A DNA stretch of 63,327 bases, counting the filler, from Stramenopiles sp. TOSAG23-6 (Eukaryota): NCBI GenBank assembly GCA_900128565.1. It is 45 parts of 45 records of this genome, joined end to end, with 100 filler letters (N's around TTAATTAATTAA, not from the genome) between each part and the next. Parts side by side here need not be neighbours in the genome. Positions count along the whole stretch, not along the records: positions 52,224 to 53,525 come from LT639286.1; positions 53,626 to 54,926 come from LT639287.1; positions 55,027 to 56,327 come from LT639288.1; positions 56,428 to 57,728 come from LT639289.1; positions 57,829 to 59,129 come from LT639290.1; positions 59,230 to 60,529 come from LT639291.1; positions 60,630 to 61,928 come from LT639292.1; positions 62,029 to 63,327 come from LT639293.1; 37 more parts are not named here. One strand, written 5' to 3'. Both the position numbers and the translations under genes were made by a program. Within the stretch, counting starts at the first letter, position 1. Every line of letters begins with the position of its first letter. Below the pieces are notes generated by a model. It was not told the origin of the DNA. It was given only the letters and a program-made list of their open reading frames with translations, and searched no databases. Below are positions 52,300 through 63,327 of the stretch, piece after piece.

Positions 52300-53111
52300 A
52301 CAATACTTACACGTACATCAACGAATCTCTATCCAAAAATACATAATGTACTGATTCGTATTAAATACGTCCAATATGCATTACAAAAAACTTTTGTATT
52401 TCTAAATAACAAAAAGTGGCGCCAACCTGTAGATCATAGAGTAAATATTTGTATGTTTTTTTTTTTCAATTGTGAATGTTTTGTGAATGTTTTTTTCGTA
52501 CGGAATATTGTACTTAACATTTTTTTTTTGAAATATTTTTCCAAAATATTTGTGGAGTCCTTCGATTTAAAATGCAGCATGTAGTTTCTGCGATTCAAAC
52601 ATATATTGTTAATCAAATTAAACATAAAGCTTGGAGAAAGTTAAACACTGCTGTGAGAAGTATAAGTCAATCAAATGATATTATTTTTTCAGTGAATGTT
52701 TTAAAAGATGCCCATTTCGAATATATTCAACACATTGCATCTCATTGCTTTGTGATACCGAATGAAAGAAACATTATCCTAAAAAATCGTATAGATTCGT
52801 GCTTTGAGTGCATTATTCGGTTTTGTGATTTAATTCGATCTAATCAAGTAAATCATATGATGACTGGTAATGGAATTGTTTCTTTACATTGTACAATGAC
52901 AGCAGCTATGAGACCAGCAGGTATGAAGGAACAAGAGCTTTTTATTCGTGCAGTTTTGACTACATCAAGAGAATTTCAATCACTACAAAAAACTCTTTGT
53001 CAAGNNNNNNNNNNNNNNNNNNNNNATTTATTAAATACTCGTTTTGATGATAGGATTAGTGGATTTCATTCTGATTGTCCGCTCCGACAATTGGTTTTAT
53101 CTATTACTTGA
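52300..53111 (+). CDS. Gamma-tubulin complex component (GCP family) C-terminus
   Basis: Y.KI...LIRIKYV.YAL, LRFKMQHVVSAIQTYI..QI...W and LKDAHFEYI..I..HCF. Confidence 0.7.
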
Positions 53112-53625
53112 ATCTACAAAGATTAATCAATTTGAAATCAATGTTGATAATGTACATATATTGTACATTGATACATTGCAATAAAACGGTGTACAGAATA
53201 CAGAAAAAAAAAATTAATTGTTTTGATTGTAGTCCAAAGAATGAATAGTTTNNNNNNNNNNNNNNNNNNNNNNNNNNNNNNNNNTGGATTGGATTTGTGC
53301 TTCAGCTGCGTTGATCCTGGCTCTACGTTTGACAGATGCAGCTGCGTTGATACTGGCTCTACGTTTGACAGAGTTGTCCGTGGATATCACTTTAATTGTA
53401 TATCAAAAGTTATCAAGAAAAAAATGAATTTTACATTTTAAAATCAATAATAATAAATTGTTTTTTTTATGTCTGTTATTTTTATTAATTTTACCAATGA
53501 CAATAGTAAGTATTGTGAAAAAATANNNNNNNNNNNNNNNNNNNNNNNNNNNNNNNNNNNNNNNNNNNNTTAATTAATTAANNNNNNNNNNNNNNNNNNN
53601 NNNNNNNNNNNNNNNNNNNNNNNNN

Positions 53626-54420
53626 TAAATGAACAACAGAAAGGAGTCGAACGGAGTTATCCCCAAGAGATAGCATTACATGAGACCCATTTTTCGACAC
53701 ACCAATCGAACGAATAGTTCCTCCTTGTCTGGGTATGAATGTCTTGTCTTCAGATTCGACTTGCCATATAACTAATACAGCTTCTTCACCTCCAGAGTAA
53801 ATGTACGAACCATCGATACTAAAAGCCATACAACGGACTGCATGAGCGTGCCAGTGACCTAGTTTTTCTACCAAAATATTCTGGGATAGCACACCAAACC
53901 AAAAGTTTCATTCCAACTGCTGTAGCTAAAAATCTTCCACCTCCATAAACAACGCCTACAGATGGCTTCTTAGAAAACTGGATTGCAATCTTTCGTTTTT
54001 CTTCATTGCTATTCAGCGTAGAAGTATTTCTTAAGTTCAACTCTTCTAAGGAATATTTGCCATCCCGCGATATTAAAACGAAGCAGCTGTATTCTTGATA
54101 TGAGGATACTACCATATCAAGTACAGGTGTACCAACATCAATCTTCCGCAAACAAGTACCATCTTCAGTATCCCATATGCGAACAGTTCCATCGAGGGAA
54201 CAGGAAAGGAGTTGTAAACCATTCTTAGGGTGAGTTATTAGGCGAGTCACTAAGTTTTCATGACCTGTCAGCGTATTGATTGTTTCACCTGTCTTACACC
54301 TAAAACGCGTACATCGCTTTCAGCAACACAAAAACCATACTTGCAATTATCAGAGAAAATAACCGGGTGGCTTGAAATGCATGATCCGATTGTTTCAGAT
54401 TCTAAATGTAAGGGAGGCAT
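53626..54420 (-). CDS. WDR75/Utp17-like WD40 protein N-terminus with frameshifts
   Basis: HWHAHAV..MAFS.DG.YIYSGGEEAVLVIWQ...KTFIPR.GG.I is typical of WDR75. Confidence 0.75.
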
Positions 54421-54629
54421 TTTGGCGTTTTCTCTGTAGTACAGAGTGTTGAAGTTTACAATCTACAAAATCACTGCATGCTGAAACTATTTTTGCAAGC
54501 GGTTTTGATACCCGGTTCACCATGAAATCGTCCGATTTTTCGTATTCAGTCAGAATTATTTTTTGTTCATGTTTCATTCCAAGGTAGCCTACTTCGTAAG
54601 AGCTAATATAAAATTAAAAGTTTAAAACA

Positions 54630-54908
54630 ATGAACAAAAAACAATTAGAGGGGACGTTGAAAAGCCAGTTTCAAAATACACAAGTCGGTGGGTATGGCTT
54701 CGTTGCAGCGGACAAAAATGTTTGGCGACAGCCTCGAATTTCTCACAAGCCTGTAACAGTCAAGGATATGACAGGTAAAGTTAGCTTGGTGAATGAGAAA
54801 GATAGTGGCATCCATTCCGACAGAGTATGTAAGAAAACTAGTACATCAGTGGAGCGGAAGAAGAAGAAAAAACACAAAAAGGCAAAGAAGAAGAAAAAAA
54901 AGAAGTAA
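54630..54908 (+). CDS. Small Lys-rich protein, divergently oriented from the WDR75-like gene
   Basis: ATG-to-TAA ORF about 210 bp from the WDR75 start; may be truncated. Confidence 0.4.
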   Translation: MNKKQLEGTLKSQFQNTQVGGYGFVAADKNVWRQPRISHKPVTVKDMTGKVSLVNEKDSGIHSDRVCKKTSTSVERKKKKKHKKAKKKKKKK

Positions 54909-55026
54909 AACAAAATGAAAAAGAAANNNNNNNNNNNNNNNNNNNNNNNNNNNNNNNNNNNNNNNNNNNNTTAATTAATTAANNNNNNNNNNNNNNNNNN
55001 NNNNNNNNNNNNNNNNNNNNNNNNNN

Positions 55027-56327
55027 GAAATTGATAATGAATCAGTGAATACTATGGAATATTTTGGGGAGATTAAACGTCTGCTTTTTTCATTATGGAA
55101 AGGTTTGAATAGTTCTGAAATTGGACAAATTTATTGTAGAAATCGGGCAAATGTGAATATTTCACAACTAATTAAAAGTAATGTTTGGTATCTCATCAAT
55201 GCTCATTGTGATATATTATTGAATGTTGTATCTCGCATAATAAAATCCGATGATGTTGAAGACTCCATAGAAAGAAATGGTAATAATAATACCACCCAGT
55301 TTATATTTGCCTTAGTATGTAAAATATCAGAAGAGAAACATGAAAAACAATCAAGATATTCTAGTATGTGGCAAAAATTAGCTGATTTTATCTCTAAAGA
55401 CTTATTTGATGATGAAACCAGTTTAGTAGGTACAAAATGTATACCAAAAGTTTCTCAGGGTAAGCAACACACTGATATTGGTATAATATTAGCTGGAGAG
55501 TCCACATTAAACAATATGATGGATAGTAAATTATATAATTTATTGTATTCAGAGTCTTGTGCCATAGGTGAAGTTGCTTTACGTGTTGCATGTTTTGTGT
55601 GTACTATATCTGATGTATTATTTTCTGAGGGCGTCAACGATAATATAGAAAACCTTTCGTTTCATATTCAAGTAGAAAATATTGCTAAAGATGTTTGTAA
55701 AGCCATTTTGCTAAAAGTGAAGAAATTTTATTCATTGTCAATTAAATCAGTAGAAAAGCACTCATTAGATGTATCACAATTACTTTCTGCTGCTGTTCGT
55801 CTCGTCATGTATTTCCCTTTATTGAGTGAGGTTGATAAGAGCCCTNNNNNNNNNNNNNNNNNNNNAATTTCTTATACCAGCAATACAAAGATTACAACAT
55901 AGAACATCTGATACACATGATGTACTAAAGGAAAGTATTGATATGGAATTATGGTCATTAATAGCTCTCAGTTGCTGTTACATGCAACAAGTACAATTGA
56001 AAGGCAATACAAATTACAAATCTAAAAGTATAATTATTGATGATTGTGTTGATGTATGGCAATGTTTACTATCTACAATAATGTCACTTCCTCAATCTAT
56101 GATAGTAAAGGGGACACTCTTTCTATTGCGTATTATGGCCGATGGTGTTGGTATAAGTAAGTATCCTGGTTCTTATTCTTGCGGGGTGAAATCTTGGGGT
56201 GATTTATGGAAATATCCTTCATTTGAAGAGGCTTTTGCAATTGCAGAATCTTTTCCATTAGATTCTCCCTTTGTGAACTTGCGACAGCGGTTATTGTTAC
56301 GACTCTTGGCGAATCAACATGTCCCTT
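55027..56327 (+). CDS. Large helical-repeat hypothetical protein fragment
   Basis: Open frames across the whole contig, interrupted by an N gap. Confidence 0.5.
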
Positions 56328-56461
56328 NNNNNNNNNNNNNNNNNNNNNNNNNNNNNNNNNNNNNNNNNNNNTTAATTAATTAANNNNNNNNNNNNNNNNN
56401 NNNNNNNNNNNNNNNNNNNNNNNNNNNTTTTCAATTTAGAATTTATTTTTCCAAAATACAT

Positions 56462-57340
56462 AACCCTGTGAAACTGCTCGTTCCTCTTCTTGTAACAAAT
56501 ACGCTTTGTACTGCTGTAGCACATACGTTTTCAAAATTGAATTTTTTACCATTTTCAAATTTTTTTTTTCATCGTAAATTTTACACCTAACTTTTTTTTT
56601 TTTTTAAACCAAAAAATAATATTTTTTCATAATACATTAACCGTATTTGAGAGACCTGATCCTAGAGCAAATTTGCATAGCTATGGCGAAGCTATTTATC
56701 TTTCACTGATTACAATGTCAACAGTCGGCTATGGGGATTACTACCCAGTTACATTTTTTGGTCAACTCAGTATTATATTTGGAGGTGTCATTGGGGGAAC
56801 ATTACTAGCTACTCTTTTAATTACAGTATTTGTGAATAAAAGTGCGACCTCACACCAAGAAGATTATGTCATTAACATTGTACTCAGAAGAAAATGGAGG
56901 AAAAAGCTTAGGGACAATGCTGCATCTGTAATACAATGTGCCTTTAAAGCAAGACTACTACAAATTAAAAGAGATCGTGGAAATAAAAGAGTCACCAATG
57001 AAATGCAAAAGATACATCAAAAATTATTTTCCAGTATACAAAACATGCGGAGAGTAAGGCTTCAAAGGCCTGACGATCAAACAGATCGACAAATCCAAGA
57101 TGAATGGACAGAAAGTATTCGAAGGATATTATTGACTTTAACTGGTGAGAAGAGTCCAGTCTTTAAAAGATCTGGGAAATCGAGTTCTATAGTAGAAACT
57201 AATGTGACAATACTAGAACTGATGGATAATGTGCGAAAAAGACAAGATAAGTTAGAAGCTCTCACAAATGAACTTACGGGAGTTGCAGCGCTGCTTCAAC
57301 AGAAAATATCATTGAAAAAAAAGAACTACAAACAAAAAAA
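56462..57340 (+). CDS. SK/KCNN-like potassium channel (S5, pore, S6, CaM-binding region); exons 56462-56522 and 56638-57340
   Basis: ITMSTVGYGDYYPVTFFG pore and AASVIQCAFK CaM-binding-like segment. Confidence 0.88.
56523..56637 (+). other. AT-AT intron
   Basis: ATACGTTTTC donor; C|TA gives P...FER spacing equal to KCNN S5; end is 15 nt after AATAT. Confidence 0.78.
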
Positions 57341-57387
57341 NNNNNNNNNNNNNNNNNNNNNNNNNNNNNNNNNNNNNNNNNNNNNNN

Positions 57388-57686
57388 TTACCATCTCGTT
57401 GACCTAGCTCTTCCACGTAATAAATATTGCATTGCATCAACTAAAGAATAACTACTAATACTGTCTATCACCCATCTATAATCTACAACCTGTATGATTT
57501 CGTTTTGATTCATTTCTTTGAGATTTCGTGGTAAATGTCCAGCTGTAAGCGCAGAATCACAAACAACGATTGATGAAGAAAACGATTTTCCTTCAGACTT
57601 TGAATTTTCAATTAACTGTTCAATTGTCCAAGCTATTACGCCTCCACCTAACTGCGCAAGACCATTCAGTACGGATTTAGAAGGAC
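57388..57686 (-). CDS. Terminal exon with BRCT-like domain
   Basis: LGGGV...IVVCD...VVDYRWVIDSISSY.L....Y; preceded by the branch motif and ...AATACAT. Confidence 0.6.
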
Positions 57687-59355
57687 ATGTATTGTGAAAA
57701 AAAAAATGTATAAAATTCGTTAGGTATANNNNNNNNNNNNNNNNNNNNNNNNNNNNNNNNNNNNNNNNNNNNTTAATTAATTAANNNNNNNNNNNNNNNN
57801 NNNNNNNNNNNNNNNNNNNNNNNNNNNNCAAATATTTTTTTTTTTTTTTTTTTTGGTCATCGTGTGCGCTAACCAATACAACATTACGAGCTAGTGTAAA
57901 TAGTTTTTGGTATAAGTTCACACTGGGTTTTGTTTGACTTTGATAAATTGTAAATGAATCATCTGTTTTACCATTAAGTTTGCATCCAAAAAATATACGA
58001 GGCGGAATACTCACACCATCAATTGATGCATGTTTCATTAATTCAAATAGTCTTGTTTTAGGGTCAAGAAGTTCAGGGTCATTCTTTTTCCAACACAAAC
58101 CTTCTCTGGAACAATCCTCATATAATTTGCCAATTCCAGAGGACCACAGTAAATTCAATACATCATCTATACATGTATTTAATTCTTGTTTATAACGCTG
58201 TCACAGTGTTCTTCAATTACTACACAAGGGTCTTCTTCTAGTCTAAAGATAATACTTTTTTTGTTGGGCATATCTAGCATGACAGGAACTTGTAAATCAT
58301 TCCTTGGCTTGCTCTTTTGCCGTCGGGCAACGGAAAGCCTTGTTGTTAGAACAATACATAGAAATACACTGAAATCGAATGGAATTATTATCATTGTACA
58401 TTGTAATATAACACTCTGCGTTCCTACAGCCGTGTTTTTGGTGATGATTCTAAAAAAAAAACAGTCAGTAAACTGCTTAGAAAAAATTTAATNNNNNNNN
58501 NNNNNNNNNNNNNNNNNNNNNNNNNNNNNNNNNNNNNNNNNNNNNNNNNNNNNNNNNNNNNNNNNNNNNNNNNNNNNNNNNNNNNNNNNNNNNNNNNNNN
58601 NNNNNNNNNNNNNNNNNNNNNNNNNNNNNNNNNNNNNNNNNNNNNNNNNNNNNNNNNNNNNNNNNNNNNNNNNNNNNNNNNNNNNNNNNNNNNNNNNNNN
58701 NNNNNNNNNNNNNNNNNNNNNNNNNNNNNNNNNNNNNNNGCTGACTCATGTTTTTCTCATGGGGATTTTGCAAATGCACGTAATCATCTCGACCGTTCCT
58801 TAGACATATTTTCAGGGATGCCGTCTAGTGTGGAAAGTAAATATATGGTAAATGCCGTAAAGCGACGTATAGTTGGGGTTTGTGAAATGATAGGCGATGT
58901 AGCAGAAGGTGAAAGGTTGTTGCTTGAGATTCTTTCTTCGGAGCTCGGAAGCGAGGAAGAATATCTTATGAAACGCTGCATATCCCGCCTTTATATTCAA
59001 CAAAATAGACCAAGTGAAGCTCTCAAATATCTTTCGAAAATGTCAGACGTTGAGTTAGATTCCACTGTTGACAGGGTTAGTGCTAGAGTAGAAGATCTTA
59101 TTTTACTTGGTATAGTTAATAGTATGGATNNNNNNNNNNNNNNNNNNNNNNNNNNNNNNNNNNNNNNNNNNNNTTAATTAATTAANNNNNNNNNNNNNNN
59201 NNNNNNNNNNNNNNNNNNNNNNNNNNNNNTAGATTTTTTTTTACAATGTTCAAATCAAAAAAAAAAAATTGTAGATTTTTTTTTTCTTTTTTTTTTTCGT
59301 AGTACATTTTGTACCTAACGAATTTCAAATACATAAATATTTTTTACTATATATA

Positions 59356-60529
59356 TCGCTTGGAGATTGCTGTACAGGACTTTAACAATGTTGAAAAAAC
59401 TCAAAACGACACAAATGACAGGTACGTTTTAAAACTTTTTATGTATCATTTGTTTTATATAGAAATATATATATTTTTTTTAATTTCGTACGAAATTTCA
59501 TACCTAACAAAAACAAATTAAAATTTTTGAAAAATGTTTTGAAATATTTCCCCAAAAAAACATATTGACACCAAATGATCAAAATACAGGTCAACATTCA
59601 AAATCATCAAAATCATCAAAAACAACAGTAAAGAGTAATTCACAACAACAGGTATTACAAAGTGAAGGACACACTGACAACAGTTCTGTTCCATCAACTG
59701 AAACAGAACACACTGACAACAGTTCTGTTCCATCAACAGAAACAGGACACACTGACAACAGTTCTGTTCCATCAACAGAAACAGACAAAGAAGAAAAAAA
59801 TAGTTCTGTTCCATCAACAGAAACAAAAACAAAAACAAACACAAACACAGAAGAAAAAGCAAAAGAAAAAAATGAAAATGAAAATGAAGAAACACAACAA
59901 CACAAAGAAGAAGACAGTGAGAGATTGGCTTTACTTCATAATGTAGAGGATAAATTAGATAGCATTATTCAGAATGGTATCAATGGTAAAGCATCAGGAG
60001 GACCAAAAGAACAACCAGCAGCAGAACAAGCAGTAACAGCAAAACCAACAAAACAACCAGCAGCAGAACAATCAGCAACAGCAAAACCAACAGAACAACC
60101 AGCAGCAGAACAACCAGCAAAACCAACAGAACAACCAGCAAAACCAACGGAACAACCAGCAGCAGCAACTGAACAACCAACAGCAGAACAACCAGCAACA
60201 GCAACAGAACAACCAGCAGCAACAGCAAAAGCAACAGAACAACCAGCACCAGAACAAGCACCATCATCAACAGCAAAACCACAACCTACACCAGTGGTAT
60301 CTAGAGCATTTCGTTTTGTTGCGTAGGTTCGTTTTTTATATGAAATGTCATACTTTTTTTTTTTTTGTACGAAATTCTGTACCTAACAAAAAAAACAAAT
60401 TTTTGGAATATTTTTCCAAAATACATGCAGAAGCTTGGAAACCTTCCAAATTAGAAAATATTGATGAATATATACGATATGCAGCTTATTGGATTGAAAT
60501 CGTAAAATTACTTGCTGGCCCTGGTGTCT
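59356..60529 (+). CDS. Repeat-rich protein (HTDNSSVPSTET x3, EQPA repeats), multi-exon
   Basis: Long ORF with 42-bp and EQPA repeats; GT-AT intron 59422-59563. Confidence 0.55.
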
Positions 60530-60670
60530 NNNNNNNNNNNNNNNNNNNNNNNNNNNNNNNNNNNNNNNNNNNNTTAATTAATTAANNNNNNNNNNNNNNN
60601 NNNNNNNNNNNNNNNNNNNNNNNNNNNNNTACGAAAAAAAAATTCGAATTTGAAAAAAAATAAAACGTAC

Positions 60671-61793
60671 ACTAAATTTTTCAGGTGTTGGTGGGATATT
60701 CAAAATATGTGTTTTTGAATCATTATTATTCACTACTGTTGATATTCCTCTAGATTTAAACCGAAATAAATCATATACATTTTGATCTGATTTTGGAACA
60801 TTTGTACTATTTTCAGAATGTTTTTGAAAAAATTGATCTGATTTCGGAACATTTGTATTATTTTCAGAATGTTTCGGCGGCTTTAGTGTCTGATATAAAA
60901 ATATGCTTGTGCGATCAGCAGCAGAAAGAATTGAATCTGTAGAAATAGGCGTTTTAAATCCTAACTCTGAATTCTTTCCGTTTTTATCAAAATCTGTAGA
61001 AATAGGCGTTTTAAATCCTAACTCTAAATTCTTTCCGTTTTTATCGATATTATTCATAGTTTTATTACTCAATTGAGAATTCTTTACGTTTTTATCAATA
61101 TTATTCATAGTTTTATTACTCAATTGAGTTAATTGAGTACTTGTTTTATCAGTAGATTTGTCTTTTGAAGATCTAAAAGAAGAAAAACGAAAGAACCTTA
61201 TATCTTCTTGTTGTTGCATTTTGGCAACTTTTCTTGTTTGATGACCACGTTGAATAGCTTGAATTTTTGTTGCAGCTTCCTCCTGTTGTTGTTCACTTTT
61301 TTTTTTTTCTTTGTTTTCTTTGTTTTCTTTTTTTCTTTGTTTGTTCCATTCAAGAAATTTTCCCGCTTCATTTGGTTTTTGTTCGTTCCATATATTAAAT
61401 AGTTTTTCAAATATTTCTACATATTCATTTGCCATTGTAATTAAATTTGTATCTGTTGTAGAGATTGTTTTTTTATTATCTTTCAACAATTCAACTAACT
61501 TGTTAAATTGAGGCATTTCACTTGAATAGTAGTCTTTAATTACACCATTAAAATACTTTAATTTTTTTTTTAATTTGTCACCAAGGTTAATTGAAGGAGT
61601 ATTGTTTTTATACATCATTAAAGCAAGTCGGTAATATTTACAAAACTCTTTCATCTTAAATTTTAATTCGTTACTCATGTATTTTGGAAAAATATTTCAA
61701 AAAAAAAATTGTTAGGTACAAAATTCCGTACGAAAAAAAATCATACAAAAAAAAAAATCAAACATACATTTTGTCTGCTTTTTCTTGTGCTTT
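60671..61793 (-). CDS. IQ-motif protein fragment
   Basis: AATKIQAIQRGHQTRK; GT-AT intron 61677-61767. Confidence 0.65.
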
Positions 61794-62106
61794 GTATTGT
61801 GAAGAAATATTTTTTTATTCAATGAATCGTTAGGTATGAAATGAACCATTAAAAAAAATATATATGTAAAAAAAAAAAAGTTGTAGAAGAAAAATTTAAA
61901 AAAAAATTAAAAAAAAAAAAAATTAAAANNNNNNNNNNNNNNNNNNNNNNNNNNNNNNNNNNNNNNNNNNNNTTAATTAATTAANNNNNNNNNNNNNNNN
62001 NNNNNNNNNNNNNNNNNNNNNNNNNNNNAAATATTTCAAAAAAAAATCGTTAGGTACAAAATTTCGTACGAAAAAAAAATCGACTTTGAAAAAAAATAAA
62101 ACATAC

Positions 62107-63327
62107 GTGTACATTATAATCTCCATCACCAAGTAGAGTGTTTAATCTTTTCATTCTTTGTTGATCCCATTTTCTATCATTAAAATCTATGAAACGAATT
62201 GATGGACTGCCATCTGTATGAACTCCGCCAATACAAAAGAAAGAGGAATCATTGACGTCATTTGTTTGAAGGAAATTACAACACGTATACGTATTTTGGA
62301 AAAATATTTTAAAAATGTTTTTGTTAGGTACAAAATTTCGTATGAAAAAAAAATTAGAATTTGAAAAAAAATTAAAACATACACTGAGGATCGCGAGATG
62401 TAGAAGGTTCCCATATTAAAGGCGGCTCTTCACTGCCTTGGTTATTTAGTATTGTTGGTGCACTTGGAACAATATGTGATTTTCTAGTCCACGCTGCATC
62501 TGAAGCACGTGTTATTACTATACCGTTAGTTCCTTGTGGCATATGATAATTTATTATATTATCTGCAGTTTGGTTATGTGTTACATTTCGTTTTTTCGCT
62601 TGTGATGTCTTCTGTTCCGACATACGTTTTGATTTATTCGATAATTCTTTTGCTGCTGCTGCAAAAGCACTTGAAGCACATTCATATTCAATATCTTGAT
62701 CATTTATACACATTAATTCTGGTTCATTTGTCAATTGAAGATTTTGAATGTGTGTTATTTTTCTTCGCAATATATATTGTGAAGAAATATTTTTTTTTTT
62801 TAAATACAATTTTTGTTAGGTACGAAATTTCGTACGAAAAAAAAATTAGATAAAAACGTACATATCCAATGATAAAACCCAACCACGATCAAGAACACAT
62901 ATCATTTGTGTTGGATCACTATTTGGTATGCTAATATTTCGTATATTCACTTTCCGTAAAGATTTTGGAAGCAAACGACAAAATTCAGATGTTTCAATTT
63001 TAAAAAACATCTTCGGAATTCTTTTAGCTCCGAATGTTGGTACAGAAAGTTTTCTAATATCGTATCCAATTACACCTGTAGATGTACTACAATATACTTG
63101 ATTATAATGACCTATAGCTAAATTATTGATACGTATCTTTTTTGAAGTATTTTGAGATGACGTATTTATCTGATCTGAAAAAAGAGGGCGTTTTGATGAA
63201 CACCGAATGTCCCAAAGTCTAATCATTCCATGTACATCAACTGCAACAATACTATTTCCACCACGTACAGAATTACTATTGAAGCATTTCATACCGATAG
63301 TACCAACACGAGATCCGTTATTATTTG
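62107..63327 (-). CDS. WD40-repeat protein, internal exons
   Basis: G.IRLWDIR and VIGYDIR; introns 62772-62861 (GT-AT) and 62289-62382 (GT-GT). Confidence 0.65.

Noticed and set aside
1-63327. Alternative genetic code as an explanation for interrupted ORFs
   Set aside because: Long conserved exons have no in-frame stops and genes end in TAA or TGA; introns explain the interruptions.

Overview
This window is not one locus. It holds 45 unrelated short contigs (about 1321 down to 1299 bp, sorted by length), joined by artificial N44-TTAATTAATTAA-N44 spacers. They come from an AT-rich eukaryote using the standard genetic code, probably an uncultured flagellated protist (inferred from dynein heavy chain, CCDC81-like, TTLL, GCP and eEF3 fragments). 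Duplicated contigs and a fold-back chimera point to a pooled single-cell (MDA) assembly. Recognisable gene fragments include an ABCG transporter, a TAF5-like WD40 protein, EngA/Der, TTLL, an RTEL1-like helicase, a PP2C-like protein, a Sar1-like GTPase, a kinesin, eEF3, an RRM protein, a AAA ATPase, a DENN protein, GCP, WDR75, an SK-like K+ channel and a BRCT protein. The main discovery is a highly unusual intron system. Introns of about 70-190 nt share three signals: a donor RTAYGTTTT, usually preceded by an exonic T; a roughly 25-nt branch-type motif TTTCGTACGAAATTTTGTACCTAAC; and a (G)AAATAT box. Most reconstructable introns do not end in AG. Conserved protein motifs are restored only by GT-AT introns, with one AT-AT intron and probable GT-TT, GT-GT and GT-AA cases. 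The acceptor lies almost always exactly 15 nt after the AAATAT box, even when an AG is nearby, which suggests a positional ruler for 3' splice-site choice. All splice calls are hand reconstructions from reading frame and protein-family motifs, with no RNA evidence.
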